A stretch of DNA of 64,000 nucleotides, from contig NC_068981.1 of assembly GCF_001194135.2 (NCBI RefSeq), positions 177,006,561 to 177,070,560 on the forward strand, given 5' to 3'. The position numbers were made by a program, and so were the translations under genes. The notes beneath the pieces are model-generated. The model ran no database searches, was not told the origin of the DNA, and was given only the letters and a program-made list of their open reading frames with translations. This DNA comes from Octopus bimaculoides. Its lineage: Eukaryota. Positions 26,201-39,539 of this stretch are shown here, one piece after another (position 1 is the stretch's first letter; each line of letters opens with the position of its first letter).

Positions 26201-27010
26201 TTTGTTTATCATTTAGAACAAAACCCGTACAGTGGATTTAAGCGATAGGGAGATTAGTCAAAATATCTGAGATAACTTTAAAGAATTAAGTTACTCAGCT
26301 GCAGCAGTATTTAAAATGATTTGTCATTTCAATAAGGCAGATTAAATGATATGCCTGACTTTTATAGACATAATTGAGTTGTTTTTTTTTTTTATGTAAA
26401 GCTTTTGTAATGTAACCCCTCTCTCTCTCTCTCTCTCTTTCTCTCCCCAAGAACATGCACACAAGATAGTGTTGCCCTTCGCTTAAAATTTATCCACTAT
26501 CGATTCACTCTTGACTTTCCAAATTAACTTTTAATTTATGTACAGAAAATCATTTTCTGCCTAACACATCAGGCAAGTCTGTGTGTGTGTTTTCTATTGT
26601 AGTGGATGATGTGCAATGGAAATGGGAGCTGCTGCAAGTTTTTCCTTAAAGATAGGCTGGGTGAAATTCATTAATGTTTTCTTTCTGTTTTTTTTTTTTA
26701 AATCTATATAGGAATAAGATAAAGATTAACATTATTTCAGGACCTGTAGTTTAATAGGGTTAAAATCTGACTGTTAATGTGACATTGGCAAAACTACATG
26801 TTTGGAATGGTGCTGAATACTATAACATAACCATCTAACCCTTGTTAGTCATGACAAACTATAAACTAATATACAACTGAGGAAGAAAAGCTATATAAAA
26901 AAAACTTGAGTCTGATATTCTATATTTACTAATCATAGAGCTCGATAGCAGATGCATCAAGATCAGAATTGTTGGCCTTGTGCCTAAATCTTCATCATCA
27001 TTATTGTTAT

Positions 27011-27193
27011 GGTGGTGAGGAAGTTGGACAATGCTTTGCGGCAATTTTTTCTGACTTTATGTTCTGTGTTCAAATTTCACTGAGGTCAGCTTTGCTTTTC
27101 ATCCTTTTGGGAGTTGATAAAATAAGTACCAGTTGAGCACTGGGGTTGATATAATTGACCAACTTTGTACCTATAGTAGAAAGGATTATTATT
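27011..27193 (+). mobile_element. SINE family B, decayed
   Basis: TTCAAATTTCACTGAGGTCAGCTTTGCTTTTCATCC..GATAAAATAAGTACCAGTTGAGCACTGGGG, ending TAGTAGAAAGGATTATT. Confidence 0.85.
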
Positions 27194-29666
27194 GTGTTTT
27201 TCTTCTTCTTTCAATTTTGTTTCCATTTTTTGCCAAGGGTCTTATCATTAATCAATAGTATTGGCTGTAGAGCCCATATCCAAGCTGTCTTCTGCCATTT
27301 AGCTCAATATCTCATTTGTAAGTTTAGTTCTCATCAGGGTACAGTTAGTATTTCAAATCTCCATTGTAAATAATATAAGCACTTGTAATATAGCATCATT
27401 GTGGTAGTTTACCATACTTCTCTGCAGTAAAAGAAGGTTTTTGTGCCAAATTAAGACATTTGAAGATTGAAATTGTTCATGAAAAATATAGGATGTACAC
27501 CTTTTTAATTTCACTTACTTGCTCTTAAATGAAAACTATGGTTCTCAGTATGATACCTTAATTATTTGACAGTTTTTTTTAATATTTGTTGTCAATAGAT
27601 ATCAAACTAGCACTTTATTTATCTAGGAATAAATATGATTTGAAATAAATTCTCTGAACAATGAAGAGAACATTCTTTCCAAAATTGTTTATAGTTTGAT
27701 ATTTTAGTATAATTACATTTTATACTAAAATGTAATTTAGAATTAAGGATAGATACATTGAACTAGAGTAGAAGAGAAAATTATCTCCTATTTGGCTCTT
27801 GAGACTTCATGTTGAAACACCATAAAATTCATTAAAATTGAATCAGGAACTCTAACCTTAGGCTTTAATTTGAACTTGGCATGTATTCATCTTTTCCCAA
27901 GTGATCTCAAAANNNNNNNNNNCCCCCCCACCTCTCTAGCCTTGTCATAGAGTAAAGAAAAATTATTGATTAGGAAATATCCTTATATTGTTTTACATTC
28001 TAACAAATATTTTTGATATTCTTATTTAATTTGTTAATTTTGAAAAAGAATTATATTGGAAACAAACAAAGGTTGTTTTATTGAAAACTATAAAATTTAC
28101 AATAAAAAAAAAACAACTTACTAGTGATAATAGTTATTTCTAACATAGGCATGAGGCCTCATGTTTTCAGTGAGGTACATAGTCAAGCTACTTGATTAGT
28201 TTTTATTTTGTCAACTTTGTGGTGGTGGTAGTAGTATTAGTTGTGATAGTAATAGTATCAGTAGTAGTAGTTGTAAAGAATTTCAATTCAGGAAATTTTT
28301 TTTTACTTAAATGTAAGAGAATTACTGCTATTTTGCAGTGTGCATAAACAAACAATACTCTGATCACTGAAATATTGGATTATTTAATCATTAGCTGTTC
28401 ATCATTTTCATAATCATTTATTTCCAGGCATAAAACTTTAGTAAATATTTAAAGAAAAATATTCTTTTTTTTTTTTTTTTTTTTTTTTTGCGCTTCAAAA
28501 TTTAGGCAACATCTTGTCTCATGCCACCAATTGCAGACAAATAATCCATTAAAACAAACACCCACTGCAACTTTCCCATGTGTAAGTTGGCTAAAATAAA
28601 TAAATTTGATGACATGTTTGAAAATTAATCACATGGAGATTGCAATCATAACTTTAAATAACTAAACCTTTAAACCAGTAAAAATGTCAATTGTAATAAA
28701 CAATAGTCAACTTCTTTGTTTGCCATGTGAATGTGTGTATTCATACACAGAAAAGATCCAAGAGCCATTGCTATTATTTGCTATTTTGTTTGCATTACTC
28801 AATGATCTGTCCCAATATTTTTAATGGATAAGCATTTCTTTTGTTGAAATCAGTTGTTAGAATAGTTATTTGTATAAAGTCCAATAGGGTTGTATGGCTG
28901 CAGTTCTGTACTTTTAGATTTATAAATGTTGAATATTATTTGTTACTAAAGTCAGTTATTATGGCAAAGTGTGTTCATGTATTCCAAGCAACTATACCCA
29001 AGATGTAAGCATTTAACATGTTAACTTGTTCAAATGTTAGAAATGCATCACATTTGAAATGGCAAAATTAAGATTAAATTAGATAAGTTATAAAACCAAA
29101 TTTTTAATGGGTGTCCAAACTGGCATGGTAGAATGAAGAGAATGCATACTAACATATATAGTATAGTCTGGTTATTTAATTCATAGTGAAGGAACAATGA
29201 TAACACACACACACAGTATGTAAGCAGGCTGGTCAAGGAAATAAGTTGGATTAGTTGCATATTGTAGGTGTTGTGTTTCTGGACAGAAGACTTTATAGTA
29301 TGCTGTCACATTTCACCTATCTCTGACAAATAGTTACCAAATTAGTTGGGAATGTTAACCTGTGACAAACTGGTATCTTGTACAGGATGAGTTTGATCAT
29401 TCATCTCCTTAAAATCATGAAACCAGAGCTATGTACTAGTGTAGCCTTTTCACCATAAAGGTGTGTGTGTGTGAATGAATACATACACATATTTGGTAAT
29501 TCATCATTATATTTATGAATTGTAAGCAAGTCCCTGGTAGGTAGAGCACTGAATAAAGTAATTGCATTTAGTTCAGAACTCAGATGGGGTGGGGCAGGTG
29601 TTGATAGCTGTGTGGCTGGTTCAGTTGTAGCTGCAGTAAGTACTAGTTCATATTCAGTAGTTTTTA

Positions 29667-29885
29667 TCACCATCATCATTTAATGTCTACTTTTCTATGT
29701 TTGCATGGGTCAGACAAAATTTGTTGAGGCAGATTTTCTGTGGCCAGATGCCCTTCCTGTCACTGATCCTGACCTGTTTCCCAGAAAGGAATGCTTTCCA
29801 TTGAAGACTTGAAATAAACAACATCTTTTGTATGATGTCATCATTTACAATCATCACATGATGACAAGACAACAGTGTACACAAA
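29667..29885 (-). mobile_element. RTE-tail-bearing retroposon fragment
   Basis: (CAT)n terminus and GATGCCCTTCCTG. Homologous to the reverse complement of 43532-43765. Confidence 0.7.
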
Positions 29886-29904
29886 CACACACACTATATA
29901 TATA

Positions 29905-30033
29905 ATAGACTTCTTTCGCTCAAGGCTTTGGTTAGCCTGGGAAGATACTTGACCAAAGTACCACACAGTGAGGTTGAACATAAGGCCACATGATTTGAAA
30001 GTAGGTTTCTAAACCACACAGTCATGCCTGCAC
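29905..30033 (-). mobile_element. SINE A 5' half, decayed
   Basis: CAAGGCTTTGG, GAAGATACTTG, CCACACAGTCATGCCTGCAC. Confidence 0.7.
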
Positions 30034-31892
30034 TTATCAAATCAGTTTTATGAATTTAACATAATGAATACAATATGAAAATATATATGTAACATCCATG
30101 CATGAATATGATAAAGACATTTATAAAATATGTGAATTAAATCTGTATCCCTCCATACATGCACATACATAAATATGTGTCTGTATGTGTGTGTACATAG
30201 ATATATTACAGTACATAAAATATTAATTTTTTTACTAGTTTCAACTCATAAGCTATGGCCATGCCAACACATGCATTGCACACACACACACATACACACA
30301 CCAACCAACCAACCAACCATAGTACTGCTTGCATAGAGATTTTATGTTTTGCAGAAGCTGTACTCTTTAGTACTCATCTGCATGAACTGATTAGATAAGC
30401 CTTCATATAGTTATTGCACTGAAGCATCTAATTAATATTTATATCCTATTCTTTGAGTCCCTTCTTTTTTTAAATATATTTTGCTAATTATTTTTTAAGT
30501 CAACACTAAAACAAATTCAGATGATGAACAGATAGTGGTTTGTCCAAAGAGTTAGAGAAAAATTGCTATTATAAATGGTACTAAATCAAATAATTATTTT
30601 ATCATTCCACTATCTCAACATTTATATTCTCTTATATCTCTAGATGCTAGTCATTCTCATTGCAATATAATGTCATTTTAATTGCTTGATATAAAATCTT
30701 ATTACTGATATTTTTATGGCTTGTTGTTAGTGACATTTTTCATGAATTTTCAGTAGATTAAATTTGGAATGTTTTTATATGAATGCCAATTTATGATTTA
30801 TGGTGAATTTTCTTGATTATCATTTCTTCTTTTTATAAAAGTTGGTCATAAAATCATCATCAGTATCATAAGGTAGATTTTCCTTGCCGACAGGTTTTAT
30901 ATGAGTCAGTAATATGACATATTGCTACTGTTCTCAACGCCACTTCATTTCATCTGAGTACCAAACTTTTCAAATCAGACCATACCACTTCTTATATCGT
31001 TTACAACGTTTTTAAGCTAAATGTATTTACTCCATTAAGTATATCTTTAAAACTAATAAAAAAAAGAATTGAACTTTTTGTGTCATTAATGCATACTTAA
31101 AAAATGCTAAGTGCTAAATTATTCATTTCTTTCATTCCTAAAATGTAAAAAGTAAGATGTGTTTTTTTTATATACATTGAAAGATATGATAAGCCATTTG
31201 CTATTAGCTTATCAGTGTTCATCATAATTTTATAATCAATAACTAAGAATTGTTTTATCTAGACATTTTGTTTATTCAGTTTAATCTGCTTTTGGAATAT
31301 ATCTAATTCAAATAGAATTTCCTGAAAATTCACCTAGTATATGAGAACAAAGGCAAAAATAAATAAAAATAAAGTTTCAAAAGTTAGTACAATTTTTTTT
31401 TTTTTCTCAACAATACAAAATTACTTCATTTGGACAAAGACAAATGTGTATCCTTTCAGTAATTATTTTCTGTAATTATAATTTAACAATTAGTGACTAA
31501 TTTTTTCATTTGCAAAAATTATATACCAAGTTTAGGTCATATTGATTTTAAAAATGTTCAAAATTTGTCACTTTTTAATGATATATCCAAATAAGGAAGT
31601 TTTTAAAAACAATTATTTTTACATTCATAGCTGTTTCTCTTGTAAAACATTTTGAAAAATATTTTCAGAAACTTGTTTCTCCCTTATATTTCTTAACTGT
31701 TGTGAGAACATTTTTTGTGTTTTTCATTCACCATATTTAAATAATTGGCAGTGTAATTTGAATTCAATTTAATAGAAGGCTCTGTAATTTTAAAGTTAAG
31801 GTGCTTGACTACCAATTGTATGGTCAAAGGTTCAAATTTAACTAGAGCTATTTTATTTGTTGTAGTTTTGATTCACTGACTAAAACAGGTTC

Positions 31893-32000
31893 CACTCCTT
31901 CATTGAGTAGTTAGTGGTAGGAAGGGCATCCAGCTGTAAAAGCAATTGTTCAGACAAACTACCACACACATGCAAGCATGACAAAATGAATGTAGAACAG
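31893..32000 (+). mobile_element. RTE-type 3' tail fragment
   Basis: TAGGAAGGGCATCCAGCTGTA is identical to the motif at ~60972-60992. Confidence 0.65.
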
Positions 32001-32309
32001 TAAAAAGAAATTGTTTCTTCACGTATCAGTTTACTTGAGTATTATATTTTACTCTCTGTTATTTTATTTTTCTCTTTCTTATTTGATCTTTTCCACTCCT
32101 AAAAATGTATGTTAGTTATTTTCTATGTAGGCAAAAGTTATTAGAAAGATGTAGTTTTAATCATATGTAATATTTGACTATTGATTTCAGAACTACTTGA
32201 GACAAATGATAATATAGGTGGTTAAAAAAATCCTAGTTACATGGTTTTTACTTTTAGTATTTATTACTGATAGTGATACACAAGTGATATTTGTATGAGA
32301 TTTAACACT

Positions 32310-32546
32310 TTAACCCTTTAGCACTTAAACCAGCCATATCCTGCCCAAATATTCTACCTCTTTTATGTTGAAACCAGCTAGATCCCCCTCACATCTATCA
32401 TTCTAAAAATAAAGAATCACATATATTCTAAAAATAAAGAATTTCATAACTGAAATTTCGAAGCTTCAAGACAGTGCATGATTAATTCAAAAACATGTGA
32501 ATAAATAAGCCTTACATTTGAAAGAATAATCAGAATGCTAAAGGGT
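32310..32546 (+). mobile_element. piggyBac-type MITE
   Basis: TTAA-CCCTTTAGCA...TGCTAAAGGG termini. Same sequence as the split MITE at 47836-47894 / 49427-49593. Small internal duplication of ATTCTAAAAATAAAGAAT. Confidence 0.85.
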
Positions 32547-33727
32547 GGAATTCGTTAACTGTTAAACTCTGACTTGGAAGCATCTTTAGCTGTTCATACG
32601 AGTAATGTCTAATACACAAATGCACTCATACAGTACATAGTTTATTGATACAATGTTGTTTCAATTTTTTTCTTTGAAAAAGCAGGTTTCATCAATATTT
32701 TCAACTAATCCCCATCTTGCCATTTTAGGAACTGAACAAATCTTTCACCCATTGTGAAACATTTGTTGGGTAAAAAAAATTTCAGGCTGACATTTTGCTT
32801 CTCATCACAAAAGTGTGTTTTCTTTTTCTCCCTCCTTTTAGTCACTCACCTAAAATCAATCTATTCATTTTATTTGCTATCATATGCTATCTGTGCATTT
32901 CGCCTTTTTATATCCATTTTTCAATGACACAAATTTGGATAATGGTATTTATTCTTTAAGAAAGTTGTGTGTGTGACACACAGACTGACTGAATTCCTTC
33001 CTTAATACCACACACCTAACAATGAGTGATAGTGATTTTCTAACCAAGTAGACAAGAAATTAGAGATGTATCCCACTTTATAGCTGTATGTAATGTTCAA
33101 CAACGTAATTCATAAGCTACTGTACCTTATTGCTATTGCTGCATAATATTAACCAAAACTATTTATAGCAACATTTCTAATGCTAATTTTTTTTATTCAA
33201 ACTGAAAACATTGCATATGCTGAAGTAAAATTACTTGTAAAAGCAATTACTTCAGAATGGAAAGCTTAAAGATTATTATGAATCTATAATACATTGCTAA
33301 AGTATGTAAAAGCATTCAAAATATCTGCAAATGATATTATTTATAGTAGATAGAGTAGCTAAGCTTGTTTTACAATTATTTGACAGTCCTCCTCTACACA
33401 CATACATTCAAGCTCAAGTTACCACTGATCAATACGTCATTTTCATATCATCCATGTTGTTTCTTGTGCTGAAAACTATTTGCAAAAGAATAAAATATCT
33501 CCCTTATACATTTGTTCCATCTTTACAACTGATATAAATGTTAGCTGCTAATTATGAAATTGAACTTTTGCTCTCGGATTTAATTATAGCCAGCTTCTTA
33601 ATCACATTGAAACATTTTTATTTAGATATATATCATATCAATGTAATTATAGTGGAATTGTCAAAGGGGTTGAGTTTTGCTGTTCTTTTTTTAACTGTTT
33701 TCATTGTGTATGTATATGCATATATAT

Positions 33728-33830
33728 NNNNNNNNNNNNNNNNNNNNNNNNNNNNNNNNNNNNNNNNNNNNNNNNNNNNNNNNNNNNNNNNNNNNNNNNN
33801 NNNNNNNNNNNNNNNNNNNNNNNNNNNNNN
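33728..33830. other. Assembly gap within a (TA)n run
   Basis: N run. Other gaps: 27913-27922, 38157-38166, 57482-58120, 60478-60760. Confidence 0.99.
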
Positions 33831-34470
33831 TATATATATATATATATATATTCTGAACTCCAAGTTTGTGTTTTTCTAAAGAAAGTTATGTTGGTTCATT
33901 TCTAAAGGCCATTTTATTTGTATATAAGGAATAGAGCATTCTTATATTCTGGCATCTATGGTTTAGGAACAGCAAATTAAAATCTTAAGAATTTTTTAGA
34001 TTTTAGCTTCGTTATCTTTATATAAAATTCTTCTTCAAAGTTTGAATTACCCCTTAAGTTATTTGTTGTGCAGCCTTCTCTGGGAAGTTCAAATTACAAA
34101 CTTAATTGCTTTAAAGAAGGAAAATGAAGTTCTAAAAAGTTTTTAGGTTCCTTTGAATAAAAAAAAAATAGAAATTAATATTCAATCTTTAATAACTTTA
34201 TTTTTTATTGTTTGAGCACATGTGAAAAAATATTTATCTTTAACAAACTATCTTTTGTTATATGAATGGTAGATAAAAATATAGAGTATATGTGCATGCA
34301 TGTGTGTGTGTGTGTACATATATATATATGTATATATATTTATATATATATATAAACAGACACACACACACACACACACACAAATCCGCACTCATACACA
34401 TTTGTGCATGAATATATGTATGTGTGTGTGTGTGTACATGTGCATATATATTATGTATATACATATACAA

Positions 34471-34633
34471 AGGTCCATGCTTGGCTGTGTGATAAGTAGT
34501 TTGCTTTCCAACTGCATGGTTTCAGGTTCAGTCCCACTGTGTGGTACCTTGGGCAACTGTCTTCCAATAAGTCTTAGGCCAAGCAAAGCCTTGTGAGTGA
34601 ATCTAGTAGGTGGAAACTGAAAGAGGCCTGTTG

Positions 34634-34701
<68 letters not shown>

Positions 34702-34926
34702 TGTCCCTATATATGTTTTTGTGTCTGTTTGTCCCCAACTATTACTTGACAAATGGTGTTGGTGTAATTACATCCCCATAACTTAGTGATTCCGCAAAAG
34801 AGATTGATAAAAAAAAGTACTAGGTTTAAAAAAAATTACTGAGGTTTATTCATTCGACTAAATATTCTTCAAGGTGGTGCCCCAGCATAGCCACAGTTTA
34901 ATGACTAAAACAAGTAAAAGATGAAA
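34471..34926 (+). mobile_element. SINE family A, full length, CpG-decayed, expanded (TA)(TG) linker
   Basis: Collinear with 35890-36272. Confidence 0.9.
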
Positions 34927-35755
34927 CAAAAAAAAATATTAAAAACTTATCCAATTTAGTGTAACATTTTTATTTTTCACTTTAACAATAAATGACAAAA
35001 CTAAATTTAATAAAATTCACTATCTATTATTTTTACAATTTTTTAACATTTACAACTGCTGATTAAACATTAAGCTATATATATCTAAGTGTCTATGTAC
35101 TTTAAAAAGATTTTACCCCATATGCTGAAAATTTAAAAAAAAAAAATGAAAGAAAATCCCTAAACACTAATTATAACTATAAATTGAGAAAGCGTTGTAT
35201 ATCTAAAGTAGAGTGGAATGATACAGCATATGGAATGATTTATTAATTCAACTCATATATTAGCTTCCTTGCTGTTTCCAGCAGCTTTCTGTTCACGTTC
35301 ATTTCTATTGGACATAGCTGCCCGTCATAGCATTTGCACCATATATGGCTTGCATTATACAGAATACAACGATGCTTTCACTGTAGGACCTATTAAATGA
35401 CTTTTGCAAGCCTTCTTTTCCTTAACTGTCAATATGCTAAAAATATTTGAGGTACAACAATTTTTTTTCTCTAGTATAAAAGAAAACTTATAACAAAATT
35501 TACCATTACTGTGGAGTGGTAAAGATGGCCCAAACTCTACAGCTTTGTATATAGTATTTTGTTTGTTCTAAGCTTCAGTCTTACTTTTTAGCTCTTCATT
35601 GTGAAGTCAGTACAGTAGCATATTGGTATTTATTTTACAGACTTAGAAAATTAGCATTTTGTATAGCCAAAAGAAACCATTATCATATTTAGCAAAAATG
35701 GTTGAGTTCATGTGTGTTTGAGTGTGTGTATTTATGTATGTGTATATATCAAACT

Positions 35756-35828
35756 CTGGCCTTGCCAGTTCCTGTCAAACTGTCCAACCTATGCCAGCAT
35801 GGGAAACGGAGATTAAATGATGATGATC
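35756..35828 (+). mobile_element. RTE-type 3' terminus
   Basis: GTCCAACCTATGCCAGCATGGGAAACGGAGATTAAATGATGATGAT. Confidence 0.75.
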
Positions 35829-35889
35829 ACACACACACACACGTATATATATATATCAATATATATATATATCAATATATATATATATA

Positions 35890-36272
35890 GGAGTGGTTGT
35901 GTGGTAAGTAGCTTGCTTACCAACCACATGGTTCCGGGTTCAGTCCCACTGCGTGGCACCTTGGGCAAGTGTCTTCTACTATAGCCTCGGGCCGACCAAA
36001 GCCTTGCGAGTGGATTTGGTAGACGGAAACTGAAAGAAGCCTGTCATATATATGTATGTGTGTGTATATGTTTGCGTGTCTGTGTTTGTCCCCCCAACAT
36101 CGCTTGACAACCGATGCTGGTGTGTTTACATCCCCGTAACTTAGCAGTTCGGTAAAAGAGACTGATAGAATAAGTACTAGGCTTACAAAGAATAAGTCCT
36201 GGGGTCGATTTGCTCGACTAAAGGTGGTGCTCCAGCATGGCCACAGTCAAATGACTGAAACAAGTAAAAGAA
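35890..36272 (+). mobile_element. SINE family A, young full-length copy
   Basis: A-box-like TGGTTGTGTGG and B-box-like GGTTCAGTCCC, then ACCTTGGGCAAGTG body, microsatellite linker and a second module ending GACTGAAACAAGTAAAAGA. Flanked by TA repeats. Confidence 0.95.
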
Positions 36273-38166
36273 TATATATGTACACACATACATACACAAA
36301 CACACACATTATAATTCCTTTACTGGATGATTTTGGCTTTTTCTTTCATCTTTTTTGGGGTTGATATAATACATTCCAGGCAAATATTGAGATCGATAAA
36401 ATCAACTAGAATCTTCTCCAGAAATATTTTTATACCACTATTTCCCAACCACTAAGCAGAATTTTGTTGCTTTGAGCAAAAATATTTTAAATTCAAAGCT
36501 TCTGTACATAATACAATATTCCATGCAGCTTATGAAGCACATGTTTGCACAATACTGCAACTGCTAAGAGGAAACGTCTTCTACTAATTCTACTATATTT
36601 AAGTGATTTTATGGCAGGATAACAAGGATCATAAAAACCATTTCCTGAGAATTATATTTTTATGTGTAATATCACAAAATGTATTTTCCAGATTTATCAA
36701 ATATGTTTTAGATTTCATAGAAAATAATTTTTTTCTAATAAAATGTAAGAACAGTGAAAAATACATATAGTTTGAGTTGATTCCAGTATATTTATCTGTT
36801 GTAGTGAATTAACTAATCTAACCAGTTCATTTATATTTATACACAAAGCCTATCAGATACAGGGCTAAAATGAACATGTGTGTGTGTGTGTGTGTATGTG
36901 TGTGTACCTTTTTATAAATAGATAGTGTGCATGTGATCTATCATTAAACATTTCTATGAAAGCTATATCATCTCTGGTAAGATGTACTTCGCTGAAACAA
37001 TGGTAACCATGTTCACAAAATATTCTGTATTCAACATTGAGTTCTTTTATAACTGTGGACCAACAAGATTACTGTATCCAAATCTTCCTCTGTGTGTGTA
37101 TGTGAAATATAAGTTGGCAGTTCAGCAAAAGAAACTGATATAATAAGTATCAGGCTTAATGGGAAGATAAGTATTGGGGTCAATGTATTCTACTAAAATA
37201 AGTAAAAGCTAAAAGATAGATTTAGACGTTGCTTTCTTCTGTCTTGCAAAGCTATCACTTGTGATTAGTTTGGAACACTTTTCTGTTAATAAATAACAAA
37301 GAAAGACTTAGGTTATACTTTTAAGCTTATATTAAATATTGTTACTGCAATGGCAGAAAAGAGAATCTACTGCTAAGCTTTTCACCACCATCCACATTTT
37401 GTCATATCTAGGGAAACATCTGCAAGGTGTTGTGCGTTGTGAAAAAGTTTTCGTCCTTTCTACTATATTTTTGGCATTGGTGTTCAGAATTATAATTCAT
37501 TCTTTTCCTGTCATTCTACTATAAGGTGGATAATCCACTGTAAAGTCTTTGTGTTAGAAGTTAAATCATATCAGGAAAGAACATGCGAAGTAGAAGAATA
37601 TTAAGTAACTAAATAAGAAGCCACTAAACCAACTGTCAGGGCAAAAAATCAATAAGAGAATCACCAAGAAGCTGAGTTTCAAGCAGAGTATTCTTATCAA
37701 GCAAGCTAAGCGCTAAACAATAGCTCATCCAAACTATATAATGCATGCTTTCACTTCTCTGTGTATGTGTGTGTGTGTGTGTGTGTGTGCACATGCACAC
37801 AAATACACACATTCCACTTCCTTTCTATTGTGCATGCACATATTTAGAATATTGTTACTACTTATAAATCACTACTACTATTCTTATTTTTATACTTATT
37901 TTTTTGTTTGTTCATTACCATCATTTGGACAGTAGTTTTATGCAAGTTCTTTTCTGAGCTATCTTCCCTTTGTTTTTTGTTGTTGTTGCTTTTGTTTTCT
38001 TTTTTTCTGCTGAAGAAACCTTATTTGAAAGAAAATCAATAACACTAAAGAATCAGAAAATTTATTATTCAGTGAATGGAATGTAGAATTCTACAAATGA
38101 AGAATTTCTAGTGTTATCTTATTTGTTGAATCTGCTTATGTAAAATTTAAGTTATANNNNNNNNNN

Positions 38167-38322
38167 AAAAGACGGGTGTAAATAACAAACAGATATATTA
38201 GTTTAACGCTCAGGAAGTGAGAAAGTCTTTTACTTTTTGAGCCCACGCTCTTTGACAGAAAGGAACACAGAAATAAATAGGGAGAGAAAATACGAAAAGG
38301 TTTAGTGGCTAGCAATCTATCA
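38167..38322 (-). mobile_element. Short Penelope/retrozyme-like repeat carrying a degenerate hammerhead motif
   Basis: Homologous to 3225-3306 and architecturally to 58313-58520. Contains the motif at 38227-38262. Confidence 0.6.
38227..38262 (-). ncRNA. Degenerate minimal type-I hammerhead ribozyme motif (probably inactive)
   Basis: Minus strand CUUU-CUGUCAA-A-GAGC(GUGG)GCUC-AAAAAGUA-AAAG. Stems I and II pair; the core deviates from CUGANGA/GAAAC. Confidence 0.5.
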
Positions 38323-39174
38323 TATATGCAAGGTGTCCACAAAGTCTGGGTACATGGGGATTAACACATACTTTAGGAAATTATTATTTCTTATATTTAA
38401 TTGTTTATGTTATGATTTTATTTATTCCATGTACCCAGACCTTGTGGACACCCTGTATATAAGTGTGTATGTGTGTATTCACCTCATATACATGTGTGTG
38501 TCATATATGAGAGAGAGGAAGAGAATAAAAATGAGGAAGCATTGTAAAATTGTAAATAAGTATTTATTAATGATATAGCTAAAAAAAAAATAGGTATCAA
38601 TAGTGGCTTATAATACATTGGGTTAAAAACTCCTGAGAAAGAAAAAAGGTAGAAAACTACCTATTGAACTTCAGCCACCAATCTTATGTAATCAAGATGG
38701 AAATGCTACCATTTTACACTAAACTTTCTGTCTTAATTTGGTGGAAGGAATGCTAAAGTTTGTTTTAGTGTAATTGTTTGTGTCTGTCTAGTTTACAGAA
38801 GTTGGGTGGTTTGAATCCCGCTGGCAGCTTTCTACCTTTTTTGTTTTGTCCAAGGGATTTTTAATCCAATGTATTTTAAGTTATCATTTATAGCTGAATT
38901 TTCTTTCAGATATATCATTAAAAAAGACATACATGCGTGTAGTCATTATTTAGTTTTTTAGATATTCAAAGACTTCTTTATTGTACAAAGTTTTAAGGAC
39001 ATTTTCAAAACTTATAGAAAACTTTAATTTGCAATTTTCCATCAAGCAGTATGATTAAGAAAGAGTATATATTGAAACTTCTGAGAAATCTAATTAATGT
39101 TTTGTAAAAATTAAAGAAACCACTTTTGTCAGCCTCTTTAAATACTTTTTTTCAAATTTTTTTTCATTGTTGAA

Positions 39175-39539
39175 TCTTTTACTTATTTCAGTCATTAGAC
39201 TGTGGTCATGCTGGGGCACTGTCTTGAAGAGTTCTTTTAGTTGAATGAATCAACTCCGGTACTTATTTTTTTGTGCCAAGCCTGGTGCTTATTCTATTGG
39301 TCTCTTTTGCCAAATCACTAAGTTACAGGGATGTAAACATAACAACACTGGTTTTCAAGTGGTGATGTGGAACAAACATAGACACAAACATACACACATA
39401 TATCTGACGTGCCTCTTCCAGTTTCCATCTGTGAAATTCACTCACAAGGGTTTGGTTAACCCAAGGCTATAGTAGAAGGCACTTGCCCAAGGTGCCACGC
39501 AGTGTGGGAAACAAACTTCTCACAACTCAGCTTTGCCTG
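39175..39539 (-). mobile_element. SINE family A, near full length, decayed
   Basis: Reverse complement is collinear with 35890-36272. Confidence 0.9.

Noticed and set aside
35890-35960. tRNA-like A/B boxes
   Set aside because: SINE heads; no cloverleaf.
37668-37710. Minus-strand TTGATAAG..GAAACTCAGCT, a possible third hammerhead
   Set aside because: The core is not CUGANGA and stem II does not pair convincingly.
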